DNA of 42,077 nt from a virus. Its lineage: Duplodnaviria; Caudoviricetes. The translations under genes and the position numbers were made by a program. Shown here piece after piece: positions 7,477 through 16,278 of this stretch (positions are counted from its first letter, which is position 1; each line of letters starts with the position of its first letter). The stretch is taken from positions 1 to 42,077 of the IMG/VR virus record IMGVR_UViG_3300044899_000016; one strand, 5' to 3'. The notes beneath the pieces were generated by a model that was given only the letters and a program-made list of their open reading frames with translations, did not search any database and was not told where the DNA came from.

Positions 7477-8820
7477 ATGTCAACAACCTTCAAACAGAAA
7501 AATGTCGTCGTCGCCTACTCGCCTATTATCGCTGTGCAGAGCGACATTTTCACGCCACTCGACACGGCTACACAACTGACGGCAGTTCTGCCTCTGCCGC
7601 GCGATGCCAAGCCTTTGCCTAACATCAGGAAGACGAGAGATGAGACGCGCGAGTGCAGAGGCAGGTATTTAATCGGGCGGCGCGTGACATCAAGGCTGGC
7701 GCTCTGGACTCTGCGCTTTACTGACGTGTCTGCTCAATTCGTCGCAGGCATCCTTGCGCTGGCTCAAGGCGCGGCTGCGGCGGCGTCTGGCACGAATGAA
7801 GTGCAGACGTTGACCATCACGGCGACGGGCGGCACTTACAAGCTGCGGGTTACTATCGGCACTGATGTGCAGACAAGCACGGACATCGCATATAACGCGA
7901 ACGCGGCGGCGATTCAGTCTGCATTGGATACGCTCTCTAATCTGGCAAACGGCGACATAGTTGTGAGCGGCACGGGGCCGTTTCCATTAACGGGCGCAGG
8001 CAATCTCGCAGACCTCGATATTCTACCCATCGAAGTTTTGACAGGCTCGCTCACGGGCGGCTCTGCGAGTATCAACACCACAACGCCGGGCGCAGGACGC
8101 TTTCATCAGATCACGCATCTTGATTCTGACGACGTGCCGAAAACAACTTTCGTGATAGGTGTTGAAGATGACTCGGATGAGCCTATCGAAGTCTATAAGG
8201 GCATGTGCGTCAATCGCGTCACGCTCACGGGCGAAGTCAGAGGCAAAATCTCGATGGACGTTGAATTCTGCGGAAGCGCGGACGTTGCCACACTGGGAAG
8301 TTTCGATTTCGCATCGTGCCAGAATCAAGCGGCCATCTATTCAAACGATTGCCAGCTTCTCATCAATTCAGTTGACCGCACGGCAGACCTTCGCCGCTTC
8401 CAGTACACCTATAACCAAAACTTGGCAATTAGCGATGATCCTTTCGTGTTCGATGATGTTGACGCTTCAAGGATTGAGCGCGGGCAGGATGCGGAAGATA
8501 CGCTCTTTAATTTTCAACTCTACGGCACAAAGGCGCATGCGGTCTATGTGGCCGCAAAGAAGGCTGATAGCGAAGACCCGACTATCAGAGCACAAGCTGT
8601 GCTGCCCGTCGCTCTGAGAATCGGCACGGCGAGTGAATACGCGAAGATCATCGCGGCAGGCGCAGAGTTTGCGCTTCAAGACACAGAGCTAGGCTATGCG
8701 GGCGAAGCTAATCGCTCGGTCATTAACGTTGACGCCGTGCCTTACAGCGTCGGCGGGGCAGCGCCTGACAGAGTTGAAGCCTTGCTCGCGCAGCAAAGTA
8801 GATTCTTAGTCGCGCCGTAA
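7477..8820 (+). CDS. Major tail tube protein with inserted beta domain
   Basis: Position, RBS AAGGAG, VYKGMCVNRVTL motif. Internal NEVQTLTITATGGTYKL...IAYNANAAAIQSAL repeat-type domain. Confidence 0.7.
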   Translation: MSTTFKQKNVVVAYSPIIAVQSDIFTPLDTATQLTAVLPLPRDAKPLPNIRKTRDETRECRGRYLIGRRVTSRLALWTLRFTDVSAQFVAGILALAQGAAAAASGTNEVQTLTITATGGTYKLRVTIGTDVQTSTDIAYNANAAAIQSALDTLSNLANGDIVVSGTGPFPLTGAGNLADLDILPIEVLTGSLTGGSASINTTTPGAGRFHQITHLDSDDVPKTTFVIGVEDDSDEPIEVYKGMCVNRVTLTGEVRGKISMDVEFCGSADVATLGSFDFASCQNQAAIYSNDCQLLINSVDRTADLRRFQYTYNQNLAISDDPFVFDDVDASRIERGQDAEDTLFNFQLYGTKAHAVYVAAKKADSEDPTIRAQAVLPVALRIGTASEYAKIIAAGAEFALQDTELGYAGEANRSVINVDAVPYSVGGAAPDRVEALLAQQSRFLVAP

Positions 8821-8823
8821 ACC

Positions 8824-8864
8824 GTGACTGCTCGATGTGCGGCGAACTCCGGAGAGACACACTT
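8824..8864 (-). repeat. Solo motif B unit
   Basis: 41-bp perfect inverted match to 35719-35759, starting 3 bp after the tail tube stop codon. Confidence 0.95.
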
Positions 8865-8891
8865 AATTTTCATCGAAAGAAGGAAAAGGGC

Positions 8892-9101
8892 ATGGACGAA
8901 AAATCGGAAATCACAGAGAAGCTTGACGAGCTTGATAAGGCTCTCAGTGAGCTACGGCATCGCTTATATCCGTACATGATTGATCCAATATCACCGCCAG
9001 AAAACTCAGCCGAAACGCGCGCTACAAGATCGCCTGTTTATGAGCGAATCAATAGCGCAACCGAGAATGTGTTGGATATGGCTAAGCGGATCGTGCCGTA
9101 G
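8892..9101 (+). CDS. Hypothetical protein
   Basis: ATG at 8892 with purine-rich RBS (MDEKSEITEK...). Confidence 0.5.
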   Translation: MDEKSEITEKLDELDKALSELRHRLYPYMIDPISPPENSAETRATRSPVYERINSATENVLDMAKRIVP

Positions 9102-9176
9102 TTTCAATTTTGACAGTTTTGGACGCTTGAAGACAGGGGTGTCTTTTGAGAGATGCGCCTTTGAAGGAGAAAGATC

Positions 9177-9770
9177 ATGGCAAAAGAGGCAAGAGATTAT
9201 TATCTCGACAAAGCGCCGCACACGGCAGAGTCTGCACTAGCGACTATTGCAAGCGGCAAAAATCCTGACGGCTCGGATTTCACCTTGCCTGTTGACGCTC
9301 AAGGCGCAACTTTCCAGGCGGGCGATATAGAAATCGGCGCAGTCGAATTAAAGAACGGCGCGGATGACACTCGTGCGAAGATCGGCGCAGGCACTTCATT
9401 GCTCGAAGGTGACAACGCTTTAGCTGTGCGCGACCCGAAAGCTGTCTCTACTCTCGTCTCCATTCTCGCCGCGCTTTCTGCGCTCGGCATCTCTACCTTC
9501 AAAGGCGCTGCCAACGTCGCCATCGGTAATGTCACGGCAGGCTCAACTTCAGGCGCAGCCGTTGCCGCACGCGCCACACGTCGCAGCGCGCTAGTCAGAA
9601 ATGAACATGCCAGTGACTCGTGCAGAGTTGGGCCGGGCACGGTGAGTGCTTCGGTAGGATTTCTCTTGAAAGCTGGCGAGGCCGTAGAGATTGAGACGAC
9701 AGCAGCAATCAATGCGATTCGCACAGGCTCGGCAGATGTCCCTCTTTCCTTTCTGGAGGAATACGACTAA
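9177..9770 (+). CDS. Putative virion structural protein
   Basis: GDIEIGAVELK motif, Ala/Gly/Ser-rich, beta-sandwich-like C-terminus. GGAG RBS. Confidence 0.55.
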   Translation: MAKEARDYYLDKAPHTAESALATIASGKNPDGSDFTLPVDAQGATFQAGDIEIGAVELKNGADDTRAKIGAGTSLLEGDNALAVRDPKAVSTLVSILAALSALGISTFKGAANVAIGNVTAGSTSGAAVAARATRRSALVRNEHASDSCRVGPGTVSASVGFLLKAGEAVEIETTAAINAIRTGSADVPLSFLEEYD

Positions 9771-10606
9771 TGGCAGAACTTTATCAACCCAGCGGTGGAG
9801 GCGGTGGCACAACAGCAACGACTCCTATCTTACTCTCTTCTACTCAAGTTAATTTGAATGAAGAAACGGGAGCGAAGCAGACGCTTTATACCGTGCCTGC
9901 CAGTCGTAAGGCGATTATCACAAACGTAGTCTTACAACACTTTTCGAGCGGTGCGAATGTGGCACATATCTCGCTTGGATGGGACGACCCGCCGTCTGAT
10001 GCGACAACTCATGGCACGGTTGATTTAAGTGGCTATCCAACTAGCAATAACGCGGTGATTTTAGGACTACAAGACGTTGCGGGTTCTACATCTCTACTTG
10101 ATACGAGTCTGCACATCGGTCTAGCTGGTGAGAGTTTTGGTTTGTCAGTTGGAACGCCCGAAGGCTCTGCTCTTACAGCCCAAGTAGATGTCTATGGCTA
10201 CCTGACAGACATCAATGGAGTCCCGCAGCCTAATGTTGGCGGCGGAGCATCCACCGTCACGCTCAATCAAGTCTCAGACGTGACGGCGACAGCTTCGGAA
10301 GTTAATGCTCTGCATGGCGTCAAGCGATATGTTGTGCTACTTAGTCAGAGCGGGGAAGATGATCCTACTGCCATCGTCTTAGAAAATAGTTTAGGCGGAA
10401 CGGTTGTCTGGACAAGAAGCAGCGCAGGCAGTTACGTAGGTACTCTTAACGGCGTCTTTACAGTAAATAAGACGTGGATAATAGCCGCTACTCACGGTTT
10501 ATCGGGGGTTGGGGCAGCGCCGGGAAGTGTAAACGCTGTAACAGTGCAAACCGATGGCGACGATGCTTTAGACGGAAACGCTATTGAGATTCGGGTCTTT
10601 CCCTAA
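9770..10606 (+). CDS. Putative virion structural/fibre-like protein
   Basis: Translationally coupled (TAATG). Gly/Thr-rich, with VTATASEVNALHG motif seen in phage fibre proteins. Confidence 0.55.
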   Translation: MAELYQPSGGGGGTTATTPILLSSTQVNLNEETGAKQTLYTVPASRKAIITNVVLQHFSSGANVAHISLGWDDPPSDATTHGTVDLSGYPTSNNAVILGLQDVAGSTSLLDTSLHIGLAGESFGLSVGTPEGSALTAQVDVYGYLTDINGVPQPNVGGGASTVTLNQVSDVTATASEVNALHGVKRYVVLLSQSGEDDPTAIVLENSLGGTVVWTRSSAGSYVGTLNGVFTVNKTWIIAATHGLSGVGAAPGSVNAVTVQTDGDDALDGNAIEIRVFP

Positions 10607-10613
10607 TTGACTG

Positions 10614-10841
10614 GTGAGCAGCGCAATGAATCCTATATATCTGAACGCTGAAAACAGGGCTTACGTTGGAGATATCCTCAACGGCTGCATTGTTATGACA
10701 GCCAACGATGCCGACCCGCCATCTGGCACGATTAACTTTTACGTGAATGATGAAAACTTTGCTACCGTAGGCGAAGGGGTTGTTGCGACGTTTATCAGAA
10801 TAGACGGACAGTGGCGCGAGATAGCCGAACATGGGCTTTGA
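10614..10841 (+). CDS. Hypothetical protein
   Basis: ORF in operon orientation; no recognisable motif. Confidence 0.4.
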   Translation: MSSAMNPIYLNAENRAYVGDILNGCIVMTANDADPPSGTINFYVNDENFATVGEGVVATFIRIDGQWREIAEHGL

Positions 10842-10940
10842 TAACAACTCTTTTCAATGAAGCGATTCACCATAGGCGATTCACTTTGAAAGGGAGCGTC
10901 AATATCTCAACACTCCCTTACTTTAGGTTTGGAATCATCA

Positions 10941-11162
10941 ATGCCAATCACTAAAGAAAATATCAACGAAGTCTTCACCTATCACGCGCCCGATGAAGCG
11001 CAGATAGAATCTTTGAACTCTGTGCGCTATCACGCGAAGGTTTTAGCTCACGCTATCTTGAATGAAGTGCCAGCGTGCGCAGACCAGCAAGCCGCACTGA
11101 GGTTGTTAAGAGAAGCCGTGATGACAGCGAATGCCGCCATCGTACTGAAAGGAATTATCTAA
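10941..11162 (+). CDS. Acb2/Tad1-like helical hairpin protein (candidate cyclic-nucleotide sponge)
   Basis: FTYHAP...Q...VR...AK.LA..I...P...AL..LREAVMTANAAI matches the pattern I recall for the Acb2/Tad1-related hairpin family. Confidence 0.6.
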   Translation: MPITKENINEVFTYHAPDEAQIESLNSVRYHAKVLAHAILNEVPACADQQAALRLLREAVMTANAAIVLKGII

Positions 11163-11163
11163 A

Positions 11164-11601
11164 ATGGGATTCTCAAAGAAAGATTATTCGCCGGAAGTGG
11201 CAATAGTCATCAATCATCCTTACTACCCTGAGACGCCTTTCGTCTTTCACTTTCAAAAGCTGATGCCGAAGGGCGCAGACGACGCGCTCAATGCCCTTAT
11301 CAATCTCAAAGAAGATGAGCGCAAAGAGGGCTATCGCTCGGCATGGCTCAACATCGTTTCTGAGTTAGCGACCAAAGCTCCAGAGGGCTTTGATGATTTT
11401 CCCATTGATGAGCGACCTTTGCCGGAGCGTATGCGCGAGTATTTTGACGACGCTGAGAAGCCGGAATTTGCCTCAATAATTTTTAGGGCGTGGAATGAGT
11501 ATCAGGCGGCGGCTATTCCTGCCGCCCGTTTGAAAAGCCTTTCGGATTATGGCGCGGGAAATAGTCAATCTACACGAGCAACTGAGGAAGCTAAATCCTA
11601 G
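11164..11601 (+). CDS. Tail assembly chaperone (G-like)
   Basis: Between tail tube and tape measure, with an overlapping downstream ORF as in lambda G/T. Confidence 0.7.
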   Translation: MGFSKKDYSPEVAIVINHPYYPETPFVFHFQKLMPKGADDALNALINLKEDERKEGYRSAWLNIVSELATKAPEGFDDFPIDERPLPERMREYFDDAEKPEFASIIFRAWNEYQAAAIPAARLKSLSDYGAGNSQSTRATEEAKS

Positions 11602-11956
11602 CTTCTCTGATTGCCCAAGCCCTTGCGCGCGTCGCTATGAAGATGGTGAGCGCGTCACGGATTTACCAGACCTTTGCGAGACGTGCGACGTGCGCTTTCA
11701 GTTGAAGTTTTTTGAAGAGAGCGCGCGAGCCGAACTAAGGCGCAGATTTCCCGATGGCTGCGCGTGGACGTTTGAAACTCTCTCGGCAGATGTGGCGAGG
11801 GTGCAGCGCATTGACAAAGATGTCAGAGGCAAAGGCTACCCGCGCAAGTGCGGCGAGTTGGAAGCGCGACTCTTAGACATCCTCAGAAGTGAAGAGTATA
11901 GGCCGCTCAGAATCATGCGCTGGGAAGACGCACAGAAGAGGGAGCGTGAAAAGTGA
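11549..11956 (+). CDS. Tail assembly chaperone extension (T-like), probably reached by frameshift
   Basis: Overlaps the G-like ORF in the +1 frame; CxxxC and CETC motifs. Confidence 0.65.
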   Translation: MAREIVNLHEQLRKLNPSFSDCPSPCARRYEDGERVTDLPDLCETCDVRFQLKFFEESARAELRRRFPDGCAWTFETLSADVARVQRIDKDVRGKGYPRKCGELEARLLDILRSEEYRPLRIMRWEDAQKREREK

Positions 11957-12557
11957 AGTTCGGCACATCAAAATTCTGGCAAGAGTTTCAAAAGCAGTTC
12001 GGGCACGCGCCGCAGGCGATTGAAAAGCAGGGCACTGAAACTCTGCTCACTTTAATTTCTTCCGATGCGCAGATAGAGCGCGTGGAATGGGCAGCTTACT
12101 TGCTCGGCACAATTCGCAACGAGTGCGGCTCAAACATGCAGCCCGTTAAAGAGATTAAGGCAGCAGTGGGCACGCTCGTTTGGGAGAAGTATCAAAGAAT
12201 TATTGGTCGTCGGGCTTCTATGGACGTGGCTACTCGCAACTGACGCTCAAAGGAAACTATCAGCAATTTTCTCAACTGCTCTTTAATGACAATCGCCTTG
12301 TTAAGAATCCTGACTTAGTTATGAAGCCGGAAGTAGGCTATCAAATTTTAGCGACAGGTTGCGTGCGAGGGCTTTTCCGTCGCCGCTCGAAAACCTCTGC
12401 CTTTAAGCTCTCGGATTTTCTCAACGACAAGATTAAAGATTACGTGGGCGCGCGCCAGATCGTGAACGGCGTAGGTGGCGCTGCTCGACAGTGGGCTTTG
12501 CGAGTCGGCGATTACTCTGAGCGTTACGAGACTTGCTTGCGGGCAAGTCAGGCGTGA
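11953..12557 (+). pseudogene. Glycoside hydrolase family 19-like endolysin, split by a frameshift near 12190-12200
   Basis: ORF 11953-12243 has AAYLLGTIRNEC...PVKE. ORF 12180-12557 has FYGRGYSQLT..NY, LVKNPDLV, ARQIVNG. One extra A in TATCAAAGAAT would join them (YQKNYW). Confidence 0.8.
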
Positions 12558-12590
12558 CGGCGCAGCGGAAAGGCTTAGGAGCTCAGTCAC
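12554..12590 (-). repeat. Solo motif B unit
   Basis: GTGAC-N27-GTCAC whose GTGAC contains the endolysin TGA stop. Interior resembles 20536-20572 and the reverse complement of 35814-35850. Confidence 0.9.
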
Positions 12591-12603
12591 AGGGGATGGA
12601 TTC

Positions 12604-15342
12604 ATGCCGAACAGGATAGTCGTTGAATTCGACGCAAGCGATGAAACGCAAGCCTCTGCGAAGGTTGTAGAGCTTCGCAGCGAGATAGACTCGCTAGGGA
12701 GCGCGTCCGCCGCTTCGTCTGCACAACTCTCGGCAGCCGCTCAAAAGTACGAAGCCGATTTAATCAAAGCTGGCGTGGCGTCTGCTCGCGCACGCGAAGA
12801 GGCAATCAAGTACGGGGCGGCGCAAGTAGAGGCCGCAGGTGCGACCGTGAAAGCGGCGGGAGAGGAAGCGAGAGCCGTTGAGCTATCAGCCGCACAACAA
12901 AAGGCCGCAGTCGAATCCTTACAACGTCAACGCTCGGCAGCTCTTATCGCTCAATTCAGAGATGAGGAAAGAGTGCGCGCCGAGAGCGCCAGAGCCGCCG
13001 CGCGAGCCGCAGAGCAACAAGCCGCGCTCGCGCTTCGCGCCGCCGAAAGTGAAGCGACAGGGGCGGGCGGAATCGGCGGGGGCTTGCGCGGTCAACGCGC
13101 AGCTTTGCGCGCGGGCGGGCGGGCGCTGGGGCTTCCCGGCGAAGCAACGCAGATTGGCGGCTTAGGTCTTTATGGCGGCGGCATTGCTGCAATAGGCTTA
13201 GGCATCGGCGCTCTCGCCGCAATTCGGGCTGAAATTCAAGCGATTTCGGAAGAAGAGCAGGCCGAAATAAACTTGAAGGTTGCCGCTCATAATACCGGGC
13301 AAACATTTCTTGAAGCCTCGGGCAACGCGCGCGCTTTCAGTTTTGCGCTGGCCGTCAATCACGAAGAGGCCGGGAAGCTCAGCGCCGCTTTCGGCGAATT
13401 GCAATTAAAGACGAGCGGCACAATCAAAGATGCGGACATCTCCAAATTCTCAACCCTGATTTCCGCGCAAGGATTAAAACCGGAAGACGCCGCCAAAGCG
13501 CTACAGGGCTTGGCGCGCGGCAATGCTGAAGCCTACGAGGAACTCACAGGCCATCGCGCCGATCTGGTGCTTGATAATTATGCGCGCTCAATTGGCACTA
13601 CTACCTCAAAGCTTACAGAGTGGGAGCGGGCGCAGGCGCTCTCTAATGATGCGCTTGCACGCTCAAGTGAGCTTACCTATATAGCTGACTTAAGAGCTAA
13701 GAGTCTGGAAGGAACGTATGCGCGATTAGGTCAAGTCGCTTCGGGGCTATATTCAACGCTTGGCGATATAGGAAGCGGCGGCGCAATCACCGAACTAAGG
13801 AATAGGCAAGATGCTATTGCGCTTGCCGAGCTTGGTCAAAAAGCTCTGCTTGGCTCGCCTCGACAGCAAGAGGAAGATTTAGCAAAGGCGCGGGCGCAGA
13901 ATGCGCGCGACCTTCAAGAGCGTCTGAGCGACCAAGAACGTGCGCGGCGGGCACTCCCTGAAAATTTCCAAGTTGGACTTTCAACGCAGGAGCGCGAGCA
14001 AGCGTCGCTCTCTCGCCTGCGCGCACAACGCGAAGCGGCGCAGGCTGAGTATGAAGCCTTCCAAAAGATTCAGTCTCAGTTTTCTTCTGACGATGCCAAG
14101 AAGTTTGATGACCAATTCAGAGACAGAATTCAATCTCTCACTGACCAGATACGCGGGTTACTTGATGCGGAAGCGCAAGCCGTCGCTCAAGCTCAAAAGA
14201 AAGTTGTAGATGAAGCCACACAGAGCGCGCAAGGTCTATTCAATTTCTTGAAAGGCTACGCGGGCAAAGATAATCCTTATGTCTCAATCTACACGGAAGC
14301 CAGACAAGCGGCAGAAAACTTTCAACAGACCGCGAAAAGCTTGAGCCAACAATACGGCGCGGCGGCTGATGAAGCAATCGCCAAGCTTGACCAACTGACC
14401 AAAGCCAAGCAAGCGGCGCTTGCCGAAGAAGGACTTGCACAACGTTTTTCTGACAAGCTGGACGCGCAAAGCTACCGTGATGAAGCGAAGGCTCTAAGGG
14501 CAGCGCCCGTCACGGCGCAGAGCGCGCAAGCTGATTCAACTTTCCAGCCCGAAAGCGCGCGCCGCGTGTTGCGCTCTGTGCATGACATTTCACTTGGCGG
14601 CGACTCTTCTTCTTTTCTCAGTAGTGGCGCATCCCGCTCTTCACAAGCTGCCGAAGCGGAAGCGGAAGAAAAGCGCATTGCTGAGGAAAGGTTGAGAGCA
14701 TTAGTTGCTGCAACGGACGCGGGCAGAATTCACGCCGACCCTCGACAATATGCGGCGGCGCATTTCAAGTTCACACAAGACGAACAATTCAGGGCGCTCG
14801 TCAATGCGAAAGACGCGGGCAAGTTCATCGGCGACCCGTCGCTAGTTTTTGATCCGAGGGGCGCAGGGGCGGCGGCTGGAGCTTCGCAGGCCATAGTTGA
14901 AGCTCGTAATGCTGCGCAACTAATTCAGCAGATGGAAATGGAAGCCGAAGCGCAGGGCATCAATCCTGCCGTTGCTCGAAAGCTTGCTGATGAGCAGATT
15001 ATATCTCGCGTCAAAGGCCACTTGAGCGACGCTGAATTAAGGTCGGATAGCGGACTTAGAGATTTAGTTGCTGGCGCGTATGAGCGTAGAGGAGACCGCT
15101 TTGACAGTCGTGAGTCCGACGCGATGAAGTTTGTTCAAAACCAAGCAAACCAGATAGCGGATTTAACTAAAACGATTCAAGGTTTAATTAAAGACAATCG
15201 GCTTCAAGTCAACGCGGGCGCGGCGGCGCAAATCAATATCAGCGCGAAAGACTTTAACATGACAAAAAGTACGCTTGGCCCGGCCATGACGCCTGATAGC
15301 ACTCGAGCGCTTCCGGGTTTCGCGCCCGGCTTTCGTGAATGA
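12604..15342 (+). CDS. Tail tape measure protein
   Basis: About 910 aa, Ala-rich helical, Gly-rich hydrophobic segment, follows the chaperones. Likely start ATG at 12604 (MPNRIVVEFD). Confidence 0.85.
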   Translation: MPNRIVVEFDASDETQASAKVVELRSEIDSLGSASAASSAQLSAAAQKYEADLIKAGVASARAREEAIKYGAAQVEAAGATVKAAGEEARAVELSAAQQKAAVESLQRQRSAALIAQFRDEERVRAESARAAARAAEQQAALALRAAESEATGAGGIGGGLRGQRAALRAGGRALGLPGEATQIGGLGLYGGGIAAIGLGIGALAAIRAEIQAISEEEQAEINLKVAAHNTGQTFLEASGNARAFSFALAVNHEEAGKLSAAFGELQLKTSGTIKDADISKFSTLISAQGLKPEDAAKALQGLARGNAEAYEELTGHRADLVLDNYARSIGTTTSKLTEWERAQALSNDALARSSELTYIADLRAKSLEGTYARLGQVASGLYSTLGDIGSGGAITELRNRQDAIALAELGQKALLGSPRQQEEDLAKARAQNARDLQERLSDQERARRALPENFQVGLSTQEREQASLSRLRAQREAAQAEYEAFQKIQSQFSSDDAKKFDDQFRDRIQSLTDQIRGLLDAEAQAVAQAQKKVVDEATQSAQGLFNFLKGYAGKDNPYVSIYTEARQAAENFQQTAKSLSQQYGAAADEAIAKLDQLTKAKQAALAEEGLAQRFSDKLDAQSYRDEAKALRAAPVTAQSAQADSTFQPESARRVLRSVHDISLGGDSSSFLSSGASRSSQAAEAEAEEKRIAEERLRALVAATDAGRIHADPRQYAAAHFKFTQDEQFRALVNAKDAGKFIGDPSLVFDPRGAGAAAGASQAIVEARNAAQLIQQMEMEAEAQGINPAVARKLADEQIISRVKGHLSDAELRSDSGLRDLVAGAYERRGDRFDSRESDAMKFVQNQANQIADLTKTIQGLIKDNRLQVNAGAAAQINISAKDFNMTKSTLGPAMTPDSTRALPGFAPGFRE

Positions 15343-15415
15343 TCCGCGCTCGTCATAAATAGCGAGCGGCGCCAAGGCGTGACGCGATGGCTGGCGCGCG
15401 CGCTCGAGCGGTCAC
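15341..15415 (+). repeat. Motif A (GATC-N4-CTCGT-N8-GCGAG) plus motif B unit after TMP
   Basis: GATC at 15341 overlaps the TMP stop; box at 15349-15366. GTGAC-N27-GTCAC at 15379-15415 shares GTGACGCGATGGC with 35585. Confidence 0.85.
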
Positions 15416-15433
15416 ATTTTAGGAGTTGAAACT

Positions 15434-15865
15434 TTGTCTGACAGGTTCGCGCTTGTACAACTAAACGATCTTTTTTTTACGAGCGACGGCACGTCAACGG
15501 GTATCCCTTGCCGCGTGCGCGTTGAAGGTCAGGAATCTTTCGCCAGCAACTATGTGATTTCTTCGGCGGTCGCGCTCGATTTCACTGTTCATTCTCAAGT
15601 GAGCGACCGGGGCGTGAAAGGCAATCAATTCGACGTGATAGCGGAGTTTTGCCCGGAAAGTTTATTGACCGCAATTGTCGTAATTCTAAACGCTTGCTTG
15701 AGCGGCGGGAATACCGTTCGCGTCCGAGTTCAACACCTTCAAACCTTCGACGTTGAGGCCGTGCCTCTGACTCAGGGCAGCAAGCTTTACACTTTTGAAT
15801 CTCGCTCTGGCGGGATAGCTAAATCGGTCAGACTCAGATTTATCTCAACTGCTACAGGGAGCTAG
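15434..15865 (+). CDS. Putative distal tail protein
   Basis: First gene after TMP, AGGAG RBS with TTG start. Positional call. Confidence 0.5.
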   Translation: MSDRFALVQLNDLFFTSDGTSTGIPCRVRVEGQESFASNYVISSAVALDFTVHSQVSDRGVKGNQFDVIAEFCPESLLTAIVVILNACLSGGNTVRVRVQHLQTFDVEAVPLTQGSKLYTFESRSGGIAKSVRLRFISTATGS

Positions 15866-15868
15866 AAA

Positions 15869-16267
15869 ATGTCAAAGACTACTTTTGAAGCCAACCGCAT
15901 TCTGGATTTTCTATTCGGCGGCGGCTCATATTCACCGGCGGCGACTCTTTACATCGCGCTCTTTACCGCGATGCCGACTGTCGCGGGCGGCGGCACTGAG
16001 GTAACCGGCGGTTCTTACGCGCGCGCGGCAGTGACGAACAACTCAACAAACTTCCCGGCGGCTACGGGGCGCACGAAATCAAATGCGCTCGCCATCACAT
16101 TCGCGCAGGCAACCGCATCATGGGGAACGATTGTCGGCGCGGCGATCATGGACGCGCTCACTGGCGGCAACATGCTCGACTTCGCTGCCCTTGATGCTCC
16201 GAAGGTTGTAGCCAACGGAGACACATTCAGTCTTCCTATCGGCTCACTGCGCTTGACTGAAAGCTGA
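15869..16267 (+). CDS. Small minor tail/fibre-associated protein
   Basis: LYIALFTAMP...GGTEVTGGSYAR...ITFAQATASWGTI is a widespread phage tail family motif. Confidence 0.75.
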   Translation: MSKTTFEANRILDFLFGGGSYSPAATLYIALFTAMPTVAGGGTEVTGGSYARAAVTNNSTNFPAATGRTKSNALAITFAQATASWGTIVGAAIMDALTGGNMLDFAALDAPKVVANGDTFSLPIGSLRLTES

Positions 16268-16278
16268 GGTAAGCGAGC

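Noticed and set aside
11554-11560. G-GGA-AAT as a lambda-type -1 slippery site
   Set aside because: The downstream ORF is in the +1 frame, and the paralog reads G-GGA-AGT.
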